Below the pieces are notes generated by a model. The model was given only the letters and a program-made list of their open reading frames with translations, ran no database searches and was not told where the DNA came from. Below, one piece after another: positions 21,217 to 32,023 of a stretch of 64,000 bases of DNA; the stretch's first letter is position 1, and each line of letters opens with the position of its first letter. Position numbers and translations under genes: made by a program. Origin of the DNA: an uncultured Gammaproteobacteria bacterium (GTDB taxonomy: Bacteria; Pseudomonadota; Gammaproteobacteria; UBA4575); NCBI GenBank assembly GCA_951812785.1, contig OX638335.1:1291902-1355901 (forward strand), read 5' to 3'.

Positions 21217-21783
21217 CTAAAACTGGATTTCAGCATTGGGTATTTTAGCAGACAGCCTAAACTGCTGCGCATATCGTTCAGGCAATTGAGCAACCACCCA
21301 CACTGCCGCCTGTTCAAACGGTTTAATTAATCGTGATGATTGCCAAGTTGCGGCATGTGGCAATGTAGTGAATGCAGATGCCGTCATGATCAAAATAGTT
21401 GTAATAACAGAGGCACGCATCACACCAAACACTATACCCAACATTCGATCCATGCCTCTAAGAATTTGCGCTTTCATTATTTTACCTAGCACAAGATTAA
21501 TTAATGCACCGAATATTAATACGCCTACCATAATTAGCACAAAAGCTATGCCCACTCGAATATTGGTCCCGTATTCTTTTTCACCAAACGAAAAGCTTGC
21601 GCTACTAATTGCTTCAGGCAGCAAAAAAGAGACCTGCTCTGAATGACTTAACGCTAACCAAATAGCTGCCACCCAAGTGGCAATTGACACCGCTTCGCGT
21701 ACGAACCCTCGCAACAAAGCGATAGCGGTCGAGATCAAAAAAATAATGATAATTATTATATCAATCCAAGTAACATCAGCCAT
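21217..21783 (-). CDS. cvpA: colicin V production membrane protein CvpA
   Basis: 188 aa membrane protein beginning IDIIIIIIFLISTAIALLRGFVREA. It sits in the conserved cvpA-purF position. Confidence 0.85.
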   Translation of the reverse strand: MADVTWIDIIIIIIFLISTAIALLRGFVREAVSIATWVAAIWLALSHSEQVSFLLPEAISSASFSFGEKEYGTNIRVGIAFVLIMVGVLIFGALINLVLGKIMKAQILRGMDRMLGIVFGVMRASVITTILIMTASAFTTLPHAATWQSSRLIKPFEQAAVWVVAQLPERYAQQFRLSAKIPNAEIQF

Positions 21784-21802
21784 ACGTGTTTATTATTTTT
21801 TA

Positions 21803-22348
21803 TTATCCAGCAGCACGAGGATGTCTTGTAACAAATGCTGCTTCTAGTTTCATCTTCTTGCGCAAACTATCTCTAATTTTAGTTGCCTCATCTTGCGAGA
21901 TAACAGGACCTACTTTGACACGAAAATAGTCTTTACCTTTAGTTGAACCAATCTCAACTATCGCATCAAAACCAGCATCAACAAGTTGCTTCTGCATAGT
22001 CAACGCTTTTTGTTTTTCACTAAACGCGCCCACTTGGACTACCCAGCTAAGTAGCTCAGATTTAGTATCAGCGCTTACAATCACTTCCGGCACAATATTA
22101 TTAGCAGGATCATTATCTGGATAACCAACTTCAGCGTCTTTCCCAGAGTCCGTATGTTCTGGTGCTGGCATTTGCACCTGACTATCTAGCTCATCTGAAA
22201 ACACCAAGATCGGCTCTGGTGGTATTTCCATATCTATCTTGGTCACAGATTCTTGCCCTGAGCCGTCAAGTATCATAGGGATAAAGATCACAGCCAGGGA
22301 CAACAACACGGTAGCGCCTACTATTCTATATTTAAGCGTCGAATCCAC
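21803..22348 (-). CDS. dedD: SPOR-domain cell-division protein DedD
   Basis: The C-terminal SPOR domain reads WVVQVGAFSEKQKALTMQKQLVDAGFDA...YFRVKVGP. The N-terminus LKYRIVGATVLLSLAVIFIPMILDG matches the E. coli DedD start, so the likely start is the GTG at 22348 rather than the upstream ATG at 22411. Confidence 0.7.
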   Translation of the reverse strand: MDSTLKYRIVGATVLLSLAVIFIPMILDGSGQESVTKIDMEIPPEPILVFSDELDSQVQMPAPEHTDSGKDAEVGYPDNDPANNIVPEVIVSADTKSELLSWVVQVGAFSEKQKALTMQKQLVDAGFDAIVEIGSTKGKDYFRVKVGPVISQDEATKIRDSLRKKMKLEAAFVTRHPRAAG

Positions 22349-22451
22349 TATTTTTGTAAGTTTGATGTATATAAAGTCATAGCAGTATTCTACATAAACC
22401 GTATGGTACATGCGAAGCTTGTATTACTAAACCTTAGCATCCAGCAAGATT

Positions 22452-23714
22452 TTATGATTCGCTGGCAAGCACCTCAGAAACGGTAAAGATAGAACCAAAG
22501 ACTATAATTCTATCACCTTCGCTAGTATCCATTTGTGCTTGCGAATATGCTTTTTCTACTGACTCAAACACCTTCACACTTATATCTGAGCTTTGTTGCA
22601 TAAGTGACTGTTCCACTTGCTCTACCTCCATGCGTCGAGGTGAATTTACTTGTGAGACATACCAATCATCAATATGTGAATGCAATAAAGACACAATACC
22701 GTCAACATCTTTATCGCTCAGAATTGCAAATACAGCGATGGTTTTTTGTGATTTAGGCAATGCCATTAAATTCTCAGCCAATATTTTTGCACTGTCAAAA
22801 TTATGTGCAACATCTAGAATAATCTCACAATCCTTGACTATACGTTGAAACCTTCCCTCCAGAGTGACTTCACGCAATCCAGTTTCTATTGCATCAGTAC
22901 TAAGGGGTAGTTTTTCATTCAAACAATGTAGCCCCATGACTACACTCGCAGCATTACGAATTTGTACTGCACCAGAAAGATTAGGTAGAGGCAAACCATG
23001 CAATTCATATCCATCAGTTAAAAAAGACCAGGACGTTTTTGCTACTTTGTAACTGAAGTCAGAGTTCAACTGAAATAGATTCGCATTCACTTTTTCAGCC
23101 GTTTCTGCTATCGAGCTTGGTGCATCAATATCGCCACAGATAGCTGGTGTATTAGCACGAAAAATACCTGATTTCTCATAACCAATTGATTCTTGATTAT
23201 CACCCAACCACTCCGTATGATCCAAGCCAATGCTCGTGACAAATGCTAAGTCATTATCGACAACATTAGTCGCATCTAGTCGACCTCCTAGACCCACTTC
23301 CAGAATTGCCACGTCCACTTCATTTTCATGGAATATATCTAACGCGGTTAAAGTGGCAAACTCAAAAAAGCTAAGACTAATGCCATCACGTGCTGTATTA
23401 ATTTTTTCAAACGATTGGCATAACTGTTGATCGTGCACGCAACGCAAACCAATTCTAATACGTTCATTGTAATGAACAATATGAGGTGACGTATAAGTAC
23501 CTACCTTATACCCAGCATGGTGCAAAATGGCGCTTAACATAGCTACCGTAGAACCCTTGCCATTAGTGCCAGCAACCGTGATCACGGTGAAAGGACAATC
23601 AAGAAGATTTAAGCTTTTTGCAACAGTTTCAATTCTGTCTAGCCCAAGCTCAATTTCACGTGCATGCAACGTGGTTTGCCACGCTAGCCACTCATCTAAA
23701 GTGTTGTACTTCAT
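22452..23714 (-). CDS. folC: bifunctional dihydrofolate synthase / folylpolyglutamate synthase
   Basis: 420 aa with the P-loop TVAGTNGKGST in a Mur-ligase fold. Confidence 0.93.
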   Translation of the reverse strand: MKYNTLDEWLAWQTTLHAREIELGLDRIETVAKSLNLLDCPFTVITVAGTNGKGSTVAMLSAILHHAGYKVGTYTSPHIVHYNERIRIGLRCVHDQQLCQSFEKINTARDGISLSFFEFATLTALDIFHENEVDVAILEVGLGGRLDATNVVDNDLAFVTSIGLDHTEWLGDNQESIGYEKSGIFRANTPAICGDIDAPSSIAETAEKVNANLFQLNSDFSYKVAKTSWSFLTDGYELHGLPLPNLSGAVQIRNAASVVMGLHCLNEKLPLSTDAIETGLREVTLEGRFQRIVKDCEIILDVAHNFDSAKILAENLMALPKSQKTIAVFAILSDKDVDGIVSLLHSHIDDWYVSQVNSPRRMEVEQVEQSLMQQSSDISVKVFESVEKAYSQAQMDTSEGDRIIVFGSIFTVSEVLASES

Positions 23715-23775
23715 TGCTCTAACTAAACGCTGAAAGAAACTAAATGCGCCATGCTAATAATTCTATAACGTCAAC

Positions 23776-24633
23776 TTATACAACACGATCAGTTAATATA
23801 TGTAGCAAGTTATGGATACGGTCACGCAATTCTTTTCTTTCAACAATCATATCTATTGCTCCATGCTCTAATAGAAATTCACTGCGTTGAAATCCTTCTG
23901 GCAACGTTTCTCGCACGGTTTGTTGAATAACTCTAGGACCAGCGAATCCTATTAACGCATTAGGTTCTGCAATATGCACATCTCCTAACATTGCAAAACT
24001 CGCAGACACACCACCCATTGTTGGATCTGTTAACACCGATATAAATGGTAGACGTTGTTCTGATAAACGTGTTAACGCGGCACTCGTTTTAGCCATTTGC
24101 ATTAAAGACATTAATGCTTCCTGCATACGCGCGCCTCCACTGGTAGAAAAACAGACGAAAGGAACACTTTCAGCAATGCTCTTTTTAACACCCATCAAAA
24201 AACGCTCACCGACAACAGAACCCATCGACCCGCCCATAAAACTAAATTCAAATGCAGCCACCACCACAGGCATACCTTTTAATTTTCCATGTGACACTAT
24301 CAAAGCATCTTTTTCACCAGTACTTTTAACTGCTGCTGAAAGGCGGTCTTTATATTTTTTAGAATCTTTAAATTTCAAGAAATCTTTTGGTTCTAATTCT
24401 TCACCAATTTCTACTTGCTCATCCTCATCAAGAAAGTACCTCACACGGCTACGCGCACTAATCCGCAAATGATGGTCACACTTAGGACAGACCTGGAGAT
24501 TACGTTCAAGCTCAGCGCCATATAATACTGCGCTACAACTCGGGCATTTATCCCACAATCCTTCTGGTACTTTTCGCTTAGACGTACTGTCGGTACGAAT
24601 TTGCGAAGGCATAAGTTTCTCTAGCCAGCTCAT
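23776..24633 (-). CDS. accD: acetyl-CoA carboxylase carboxyltransferase beta subunit
   Basis: 285 aa with an N-terminal C4 zinc ribbon (CPSCSAVLY...CPKCDHH) followed by a carboxyltransferase domain. Confidence 0.95.
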   Translation of the reverse strand: MSWLEKLMPSQIRTDSTSKRKVPEGLWDKCPSCSAVLYGAELERNLQVCPKCDHHLRISARSRVRYFLDEDEQVEIGEELEPKDFLKFKDSKKYKDRLSAAVKSTGEKDALIVSHGKLKGMPVVVAAFEFSFMGGSMGSVVGERFLMGVKKSIAESVPFVCFSTSGGARMQEALMSLMQMAKTSAALTRLSEQRLPFISVLTDPTMGGVSASFAMLGDVHIAEPNALIGFAGPRVIQQTVRETLPEGFQRSEFLLEHGAIDMIVERKELRDRIHNLLHILTDRVV

Positions 24634-24674
24634 GTCATTTTATTTTAATTGAGAAATTTAATTACTGAATTTAA

Positions 24675-25499
24675 TCAGGCGATATTTTGGATAGATTCAC
24701 TATTATCCAATGCATCCCTGATCTCACGCAACAAAGATTTCACTTTACTGGTGGCTACCGGCACATCTTCCCCGTATTCAGCAATAATAGAAACGATCGC
24801 GCTACCAACAACGACCGCATTTGCGCAGCCTGCCACCATTCTCGCTGTAGTAGCATCTTTAATGCCGAAACCGACAGCAATAGGTGTTTTTGTATGTTTT
24901 CTAATCTGATCAACCTTGGCTTCGACGCTTTTTACATCAATTTGACTCGCCCCTGTAATCCCTTTGAACGAAACATAATATAAAAATCCAGAAGCCAAGC
25001 CGGTAATCATTTGAATACGCTGATCTTTTGTAGTCGGCGCTAACAGATAAATCGTATCAATATCATTCTGTTTATATAAAGATCCAACTTGTCGACTCTC
25101 TTCTGGCGGCAAATCAACCGTAATCACGCCATCGATGAGCCCAGAGACTGTGCTTGCAAATTTTTCTACTCCGTAAATTTCGATAGGATTTTGATAACCC
25201 ATCAACACCACCGGCGTGGTTGAGTTTGCTTCACGAAATTGCTTCACAATTTCGATAATATCTTTCACAGACGTATCGTGTTTGAGTGCACGTTCACAGG
25301 CCAACTGGATAACTGGGCCATCTGCCATTGGATCAGAAAATGGGATGCCTAATTCAATAATATCAGTGCCAGCTTCTGTCAATGCATGCATTATTTCTAA
25401 CGTGCTCGATGGATGTGGATCTCCTGCAGTAATATAGCTAATGAGTGCTTTTTTATTGTTTTGCGCGAGTTGCTCAAAACACTTTTGTAGTCGACTCAC
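24675..25499 (-). CDS. trpA: tryptophan synthase alpha chain
   Basis: 274 aa reading ISYITAGDP...[14 protein letters not shown]. Confidence 0.95.
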   Translation of the reverse strand: MSRLQKCFEQLAQNNKKALISYITAGDPHPSSTLEIMHALTEAGTDIIELGIPFSDPMADGPVIQLACERALKHDTSVKDIIEIVKQFREANSTTPVVLMGYQNPIEIYGVEKFASTVSGLIDGVITVDLPPEESRQVGSLYKQNDIDTIYLLAPTTKDQRIQMITGLASGFLYYVSFKGITGASQIDVKSVEAKVDQIRKHTKTPIAVGFGIKDATTARMVAGCANAVVVGSAIVSIIAEYGEDVPVATSKVKSLLREIRDALDNSESIQNIA

Positions 25500-26728
25500 A
25501 ATTCTATTCCTTCAATGCGTGCCACTGTATTAATGTCTTTATCCCCTCGACCCGACAAATTAACAATAATGCTTTGCTCTTTACCCATGGTCTTCGCTAA
25601 TTTTTTTGCATATGCCACCGCATGACTACTTTCCAATGCCGGTATAATTCCTTCAATGCGCGTTAATTGATGAAATGCTGCTAGCGCTTCATCATCAGTA
25701 ACAGCCACGTATTCGACACTGCCTTCATCTTTCAACCAGGAATGTTCTGGTCCCACGCCTGGGTAATCTAGTCCCGCTGAAATAGAATGAGTTTCTATTA
25801 TTTGGCCGTTATTATCTTCCATTAGATAGGTACGGTTACCATGCAATACTCCCGGACTTCCAGCATTTAAAGGCGCCGAATGACGACCCGTTTCAATGCC
25901 ATCACCACCTGCTTCAACGCCATATTTTTTAACGTTAGCATCTAACAAGAAAGGATAAAACAAACCTATTGCATTAGAACCACCGCCAACACAGGCGACT
26001 AAAGCATCAGGTAACTTACCGGTCTGATTCAGGCTCTGCTCACGCGCTTCACGTCCGATCACTGTTTGAAAATCTCTTACCAACAAAGGATAAGGATGCG
26101 GACCCGCAACAGTGCCAATAATATAAAAAGTATTATCAACATTTGTCACCCAATCCCGTAATGCTTCATTTAATGCATCTTTAAGTGTGCGCGAACCTGA
26201 AGTGACAGGAACAACAGTGGCACCCAGCAATCGCATACGATAAACATTAGGCGCTTGGCGTTGAATGTCTTCTGCGCCCATATACACCACACATTCTAAA
26301 CCTAAACGTGCAGCAATAGTCGCACTGGCAACACCATGTTGGCCGGCACCAGTTTCAGCGATAATACGTGTTTTACCCATGCGCTTTGCAAGTAATGCTT
26401 GACCAATGGTGTTATTAATCTTATGCGCACCCGTGTGATTAAGATCTTCGCGCTTAAGATAAATCTGAGCGCCACACCACTCCTTAGTTAATCTTGCTGC
26501 AAAATACAGCGGGCTTGGGCGGCCAACATAATAGGCAAGATCATCATCAAATTCTTTTTGAAATGTTGGGTCGTTTTTACTTTTTGTATAGGCAACTTCC
26601 AACTCTTCTAGGGGCGTCATTAGCGTCTCAGCAACAAATCGCCCTCCATAGATACCAAAGTGGCCATCTTCATCTGGCACTGTATTTGTACTTATTTTAT
26701 TTTCTTCTACGTTAGCACTCATCTGCAT
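25496..26728 (-). CDS. trpB: tryptophan synthase beta chain
   Basis: 410 aa PLP enzyme (HTGAHKINN) that overlaps trpA by 4 nt. Confidence 0.96.
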   Translation of the reverse strand: MQMSANVEENKISTNTVPDEDGHFGIYGGRFVAETLMTPLEELEVAYTKSKNDPTFQKEFDDDLAYYVGRPSPLYFAARLTKEWCGAQIYLKREDLNHTGAHKINNTIGQALLAKRMGKTRIIAETGAGQHGVASATIAARLGLECVVYMGAEDIQRQAPNVYRMRLLGATVVPVTSGSRTLKDALNEALRDWVTNVDNTFYIIGTVAGPHPYPLLVRDFQTVIGREAREQSLNQTGKLPDALVACVGGGSNAIGLFYPFLLDANVKKYGVEAGGDGIETGRHSAPLNAGSPGVLHGNRTYLMEDNNGQIIETHSISAGLDYPGVGPEHSWLKDEGSVEYVAVTDDEALAAFHQLTRIEGIIPALESSHAVAYAKKLAKTMGKEQSIIVNLSGRGDKDINTVARIEGIEL

Positions 26729-27335
26729 CTCGCACTGAACTTACAAAATCTTTCATCTTATTAAACTCTTTTATTCCTTTGGCTGACTCTATTCCACTAC
26801 TGACATCAACAGCATAGGGGCGCACTTGTCTAATAGCATCACTGACATTATCTACATCTAAACCACCGGCCAATATAATTGGTTTTGCTAACGCAGGAAT
26901 TTTCTCCCAGTTAAATGACTTACCAGAACCACCTGGTTGACCCAACTCATTGCTGTCCAACAATAAAGCCGAAGCCGAGACATAGTCAGCGTCAGATACT
27001 GCCCGCCCCTTTCCGCCCATGGCGATACTTTTTAAGTAGGGAAGCTCAAAAGACGAACAAAACTGCTCTGACTCATTCCCATGGAATTGCAGCATATCAA
27101 CGGGCACTTTCTCTATCAGAGAGCTGATTGTACTCGCATCTTGATTCATGAATAACCCTACGCTGGTGATAAATGGCCCACAGCGATCAATTAACGTGCA
27201 TGCTTGCTGTACATCAATAACACGCGGACTGGCAGGACAAAACACAAGCCCGATGGCATCCACACCAAGATCTATCGCTATGTCTAGATCCTCAATCCGA
27301 GTGATGCCACAAAATTTAATACGCGTACGTGCCAT
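26712..27335 (-). CDS. trpF: phosphoribosylanthranilate isomerase, monofunctional
   Basis: 207 aa beginning [32 protein letters not shown]. Confidence 0.92.
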   Translation of the reverse strand: MARTRIKFCGITRIEDLDIAIDLGVDAIGLVFCPASPRVIDVQQACTLIDRCGPFITSVGLFMNQDASTISSLIEKVPVDMLQFHGNESEQFCSSFELPYLKSIAMGGKGRAVSDADYVSASALLLDSNELGQPGGSGKSFNWEKIPALAKPIILAGGLDVDNVSDAIRQVRPYAVDVSSGIESAKGIKEFNKMKDFVSSVRDADEC

Positions 27336-27371
27336 GATTAACTTCTTATTCTCAAATAAATATAAGTTATT

Positions 27372-28121
27372 TTACAACTGATATTTTGGATCGTATTCCA
27401 CAGACATAAAATATAACCCCTGCGCCTGCGCAGTGACACCACCACATGAACGATCTTTTCGCATTAGCACTTCCTGAACCCATTCTGGAGGATATTCATT
27501 CTTACCAATACTCATCAGTACACCCGCTAAGTTACGCACCATATGGTGTAAAAAACCATTAGCAGTGACATCTATAACCACCAACGCCCCTTCTCTTTGT
27601 ACGCTTAAGTGAGAAATATTACGCACGGGGCTTTTTGCCTGGCACGCTAACGCACGAAAACTCGTGTAATCGTGCTCACCAACAAGATAGTTTGCACCCG
27701 CTTGCATTAGCTCTGCATTAAGTGGCGTATATTCCCACGCAGCCCTGTTAGCCAGTAATGCCGGACATACTTTTTCGTTAGCGATAATATAACGATATGA
27801 ACGTGAAAGCGCAGAAAAACGCGCATGAAAATCTTCTGACATTAGCTTAATCGACCTCAACACCACGCTACGTGGCAGATTAGAATTGATTCCCAACAAC
27901 CAAGAACGCAATTCACGCTGAGCATTGGTTTCAAAATGCATTACCTGCCCTAAGGCATGTACACCAGTATCTGTACGTCCTGCACACGCAATGCCAACTT
28001 CATGGTTGGCAACTAAGCTAATCGCACGCTCAACTGCTTCTTGCACAGATGGCACATGCGACTGTCGCTGCCACCCACAAAAATCACTTCCATCATATTC
28101 AACGATACCTGCAAATTTCAT
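27372..28121 (-). CDS. truA: tRNA pseudouridine(38-40) synthase TruA
   Basis: 249 aa reading MKFAGIVEYDGSDFCGWQRQ...AGRTDTGVHAL. Confidence 0.95.
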   Translation of the reverse strand: MKFAGIVEYDGSDFCGWQRQSHVPSVQEAVERAISLVANHEVGIACAGRTDTGVHALGQVMHFETNAQRELRSWLLGINSNLPRSVVLRSIKLMSEDFHARFSALSRSYRYIIANEKVCPALLANRAAWEYTPLNAELMQAGANYLVGEHDYTSFRALACQAKSPVRNISHLSVQREGALVVIDVTANGFLHHMVRNLAGVLMSIGKNEYPPEWVQEVLMRKDRSCGGVTAQAQGLYFMSVEYDPKYQL

Positions 28122-28129
28122 ATATTTTC

Positions 28130-28174
28130 TGTCGCTAAAAACAACAAAGCCCCAGTGTACACACTGAGGCTTTG
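28130..28174 (-). terminator. rho-independent terminator/attenuator between fimV and truA
   Basis: The minus-strand RNA would form the hairpin CAAAGCC-UCAGUG-UGUA-CACUGGGGCUUUG, followed by UUGUUUUUAG. The U-tract ends only about 10 nt before the truA start codon. Confidence 0.5.
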
Positions 28175-28202
28175 TGCATAAATTATAACTAGAACTTACA
28201 TG

Positions 28203-30899
28203 TTAGTTTAACTTATCTAGCAAGTCCTTTGCTTGTTGAATTTGAGTTTGATCGCCCTGCTCTATGACTTCCACCAAGGTTTCTTTGGCAGCATCTACAT
28301 CACCCATGTCTACAAATGCTCTAGCTAAATCTAGCTTTGTTCCAACCTCTTCAATCACAGACGGATCTTCAAAATCAGCTGTAAACTCATCTGGACTCGT
28401 CACAGTTGAATCAATGCTTCCAACATCAGATTGCTCAGTCACATTATCTACAAGCATGTCTTTTTTAAATGCGCCTGTTTCGCTGGCTAAATCTTCATTT
28501 GAACCCTCAAAATCCAGATCAGGCTCACTAGCTCCAGAGGTTTTCAGTGTTGGCAAAGAATCTTCTTCCATACCGTCGAGATCAATATCATCCGGATCGA
28601 AGATTAAAGTTTCATCATCAGATTCTGAGTTAAAATCCAAACCTGATTCTAAAGTTGCTATAGACGGCTCACCAAGACTGTCTTCATCAGTATCCGCTGC
28701 AAATGCTTCTGTCTTTTCAGCAATGGTATCTTCAAGCTTCTCAGATACCTCATCACTTAATTCACCATCATCATAAAAGATAAACTCTAGTGAATTATCA
28801 TCTAGATCGAAATCTTTCATATTCTCGGAAGTCATATTAAAGTTATTAATGTCATCACTCTTGATAGATTCTACCGCCTCTGGTTCATCATTGGCTCCAG
28901 CAAACAACTCATGCGCTGGGGCTAGAGCAGCACCCATTGAAGCAATTTTATTCCATTCTGGAGATTGCTTATCCATAATTGGTTGCATCGCTTCTGCATA
29001 TTGTACAAACTCGCTAGGCTTCTTATCTTTGTAATAAATCTCGGCTAATTTAACTTGGTATTTTGCATTGTCGGGTTCTTTAGCAAGACCATCTCTTAGC
29101 AGATCCTCTGCTTGCTGATAAAGTTCATAGGAAATGTATACGTCGGCCTCTGCTAGCACATCATCAACACCTAACGAAGCCTCACTTTGAGCGTTGACTG
29201 TTCCAAGAACATCCAATGATTCATCAATACTATCAGGAGTGGCAATCACTGTTTCGTCAAATGATAGTTCTTCTTCAAACGCTGGTAGATCATTTGCTTC
29301 AAGATCGATATTTTCTAATTTTGCATTGCGTCGCTTGATGCCTAACCAACCAAGGAGAAGCGCCACTAAGGCAATCCCCGCATAAATTACAGTCTTACTC
29401 TGATCTTTAAGTACTGCTACGATTTTTTCAACAAAAGAGACTTCAACTACCGACTCAACTGGAACAACTTCGGCTAACACCTTCGGCGCTACTTCAGCCA
29501 CTAAACTTTCAGGTTGCGCAACGTCTGCTTGCTGTTCTGCAACCAAGAATTCTTCTGGAATTGGGCCCGAGAAATCAGGTAATGGTTCAACTGTAGCTGC
29601 TTTAATACTGTGCTTAAATTTAACTTCCATTTCTGCTGCAAGTACTTCCGCCGAAGATTGCCCTGCTAAATCAGGGCTTTTCGTAGCTAGTGTATTTTGC
29701 AACTGAGCCAATTGCTCATTTTGCAGACTAATAATATCTTCCTGCTTTTTAAGCATTGACTCAAGTGATTCTATACGACCTTTCAATTCAGCATTTTCTT
29801 GGCCTTTAGACTTCGAATTCTCCGTAAGCAGATTAACCTGCTTATGTAATTTTTTTAACTTTGCATTAGCATCACCGCCTGTTTTGCCATCTACGACATC
29901 ACCACCTAAAATAGACAAAGACGAATCAATAGTTTTTGATTGCTCTTGCTTTAATAGTTCAGGCGTTCCCATTGTTTCGTCGTCAGCTATATCGACAGCA
30001 TCAACATTAACTTCACTTGAATCAAACGGTGTACTTTGCTTCCATACTTGCCTTTGACGTCGAACTTCTGCAAGTGCTTCGCGCACAGAATATCTTGGCT
30101 CCACATCCGCAGGAATGCGTAGAACCACACCCGACTTTAAATTATTAATGTTGTTTTTCACAAAACCCTGTGGGTTGGCGGCGTGAATAGCCAACATCAT
30201 TTGATTGACGCTTACACCATTCTCATGTGCATAAAGCTCGGCAATACTCCATAGAGTATCCCCACGACCAACTGGTCTGGATTGAATCTTTTTTAGAGCT
30301 ACTGTACTGGGTACAGCAGCTTGCGTTGGGCGCAGACTAGGAGTTGGCACTCTTAGCGCAGGTGTTTTAGTTGCTGTACGAAGTTTAGGCACTGGCTTCT
30401 TTGCAACTGCCGCAGGTTGTGCTGCCACTTTTGGTGCTTGAATTGTGACTCTAGTATTCCCACCAAAAACAGGGGGATCTAATAGCACCGTATATTCTCT
30501 AAGTAGCTTACCTTTTGCCCAATGCACATCAATTAAGAAAGCGAGGAATGGCTCACGTATAGCATCTGTTGAAGTCACTTTAATAACTGGTTTGCCATTG
30601 GAAATCATCGGTGTAAATTTTAAGCGAGTCAGAATGTAAGGTCGCGGAACACCCACTCTCTCAAACATCTGTTGACTAGCTAGTTCAACTTGAACTTCAT
30701 CAATAGTGGCTGCACTGAAACCTACCAGATCGATCTCTGCATCCATTGCCTGATTAAGTGCAGAGTTAATTTCTATTTCACCTAATCTAAAGGCGAAGAC
30801 AAACCCGGGGCTTCCAACAAGCAAAGTGGCCAATAAAGTAAGCGCCACAATCTCCTTATGCACTCTTGCTCCCCCCATAATTACTTTCTGTATGTTCAC
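28203..30899 (-). CDS. fimV: FimV/HubP-type peptidoglycan-binding (LysM) scaffold protein
   Basis: 898 aa with the FimV N-terminal motif LGEIEINSALNQAMDAEIDL and a LysM domain (RGDTLWSIAELYAHENGVSVNQMMLAIHAANPQGF). It has a TM segment, an acidic coiled-coil region and the FimV C-terminal motif LDLARAFVDMGDVDAAKETLVEVI. Confidence 0.88.
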   Translation of the reverse strand: MNIQKVIMGGARVHKEIVALTLLATLLVGSPGFVFAFRLGEIEINSALNQAMDAEIDLVGFSAATIDEVQVELASQQMFERVGVPRPYILTRLKFTPMISNGKPVIKVTSTDAIREPFLAFLIDVHWAKGKLLREYTVLLDPPVFGGNTRVTIQAPKVAAQPAAVAKKPVPKLRTATKTPALRVPTPSLRPTQAAVPSTVALKKIQSRPVGRGDTLWSIAELYAHENGVSVNQMMLAIHAANPQGFVKNNINNLKSGVVLRIPADVEPRYSVREALAEVRRQRQVWKQSTPFDSSEVNVDAVDIADDETMGTPELLKQEQSKTIDSSLSILGGDVVDGKTGGDANAKLKKLHKQVNLLTENSKSKGQENAELKGRIESLESMLKKQEDIISLQNEQLAQLQNTLATKSPDLAGQSSAEVLAAEMEVKFKHSIKAATVEPLPDFSGPIPEEFLVAEQQADVAQPESLVAEVAPKVLAEVVPVESVVEVSFVEKIVAVLKDQSKTVIYAGIALVALLLGWLGIKRRNAKLENIDLEANDLPAFEEELSFDETVIATPDSIDESLDVLGTVNAQSEASLGVDDVLAEADVYISYELYQQAEDLLRDGLAKEPDNAKYQVKLAEIYYKDKKPSEFVQYAEAMQPIMDKQSPEWNKIASMGAALAPAHELFAGANDEPEAVESIKSDDINNFNMTSENMKDFDLDDNSLEFIFYDDGELSDEVSEKLEDTIAEKTEAFAADTDEDSLGEPSIATLESGLDFNSESDDETLIFDPDDIDLDGMEEDSLPTLKTSGASEPDLDFEGSNEDLASETGAFKKDMLVDNVTEQSDVGSIDSTVTSPDEFTADFEDPSVIEEVGTKLDLARAFVDMGDVDAAKETLVEVIEQGDQTQIQQAKDLLDKLN

Positions 30900-30969
30900 T
30901 AGCCAATTATCAAGTTGTGTTAAAGATTCTACTTTAAGTTAAATGAGTAACTCACGATATCAATATAGG

Positions 30970-31992
30970 TTATATATGCTTTTCGATCAAAAATTCTGCG
31001 ATCTGAACACTATTTAAAGCCGCACCTTTTCTTACATTGTCACTCACTATCCACATATTGAGGCCTTTAGGGTGGGAGATATCCTCTCGAATGCGACCAA
31101 CAAATACTGGATCTGTTCCATCTGCATCAGTTGCCGCAGTGGGATAGCCTCCGTCTCGTCGCTCATCCATAACCACGATACCTGGTGCTTTTGCCAACAC
31201 CTCTCTGGCCTGTGCTGCAGTCATCGGCTTTTTAAGCTCTAAATGAACAGCTTCTGAATGGCCAAATTTCACCGAAATTCTGACGGCAGTTGGGTTCACA
31301 CGGATGCTGTCATCACCCATAATCTTATGTGTCTCCCAAACCATTTTCATCTCTTCTTTGGTGTATCCGTTATCTTGGAATATGTCTATATGTGGCAGCG
31401 CGTTAAAAGCAATTTGTTTCGGATAAACGCTACAATTCAGCGGCGCACCCACCATAATAGCCCGGGTTTGAGCATCTAATTCATCGATCGCTTCTTTGCC
31501 CGTTCCGGACACTGCTTGGTAAGTTGCAACGTTAATTCTTTCGATTCCGACGGCATCATGAATAGGCTTTAATGCCACTAGCATTTGGATTGTCGAACAG
31601 TTTGGATTGGCGATTATTCCTTGATTTTTATAATCAGCAATGGCGTGAGGATTTACTTCTGGCACCACTAAGGGAATATCGTCTTCATAGCGGAATCTGG
31701 AAGTGTTATCAATCACTACACAGCTTTTCTCGGCAGCTAACGGCGCATAAATATCAGATACCGATGCACCGGGAGAAAACAATCCTATTTGCACTTGCGA
31801 AAAATCAAATGTGGCTAAATCTTGAACCTCTAAGCAACGGTTACCAAAAGCAACCGGCTTACCAACTGAACGCTCACTAGCTAAAGCATAGATATTTCCT
31901 ATTGGGAATTTACGTTGAGCAAGAATTGACAATATCACCTCGCCCACGGCACCTGTCGCACCTACTACAGCAACATCATATTTTTTAGCCAT
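30970..31992 (-). CDS. asd: aspartate-semialdehyde dehydrogenase
   Basis: 340 aa reading VAVVGATGAVG... with the active-site Cys in NPNCSTIQM. Confidence 0.9.
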   Translation of the reverse strand: MAKKYDVAVVGATGAVGEVILSILAQRKFPIGNIYALASERSVGKPVAFGNRCLEVQDLATFDFSQVQIGLFSPGASVSDIYAPLAAEKSCVVIDNTSRFRYEDDIPLVVPEVNPHAIADYKNQGIIANPNCSTIQMLVALKPIHDAVGIERINVATYQAVSGTGKEAIDELDAQTRAIMVGAPLNCSVYPKQIAFNALPHIDIFQDNGYTKEEMKMVWETHKIMGDDSIRVNPTAVRISVKFGHSEAVHLELKKPMTAAQAREVLAKAPGIVVMDERRDGGYPTAATDADGTDPVFVGRIREDISHPKGLNMWIVSDNVRKGAALNSVQIAEFLIEKHI

Positions 31993-32023
31993 TGCGCTTC
32001 CTTAACCTTCCTAAATTTAAAAC

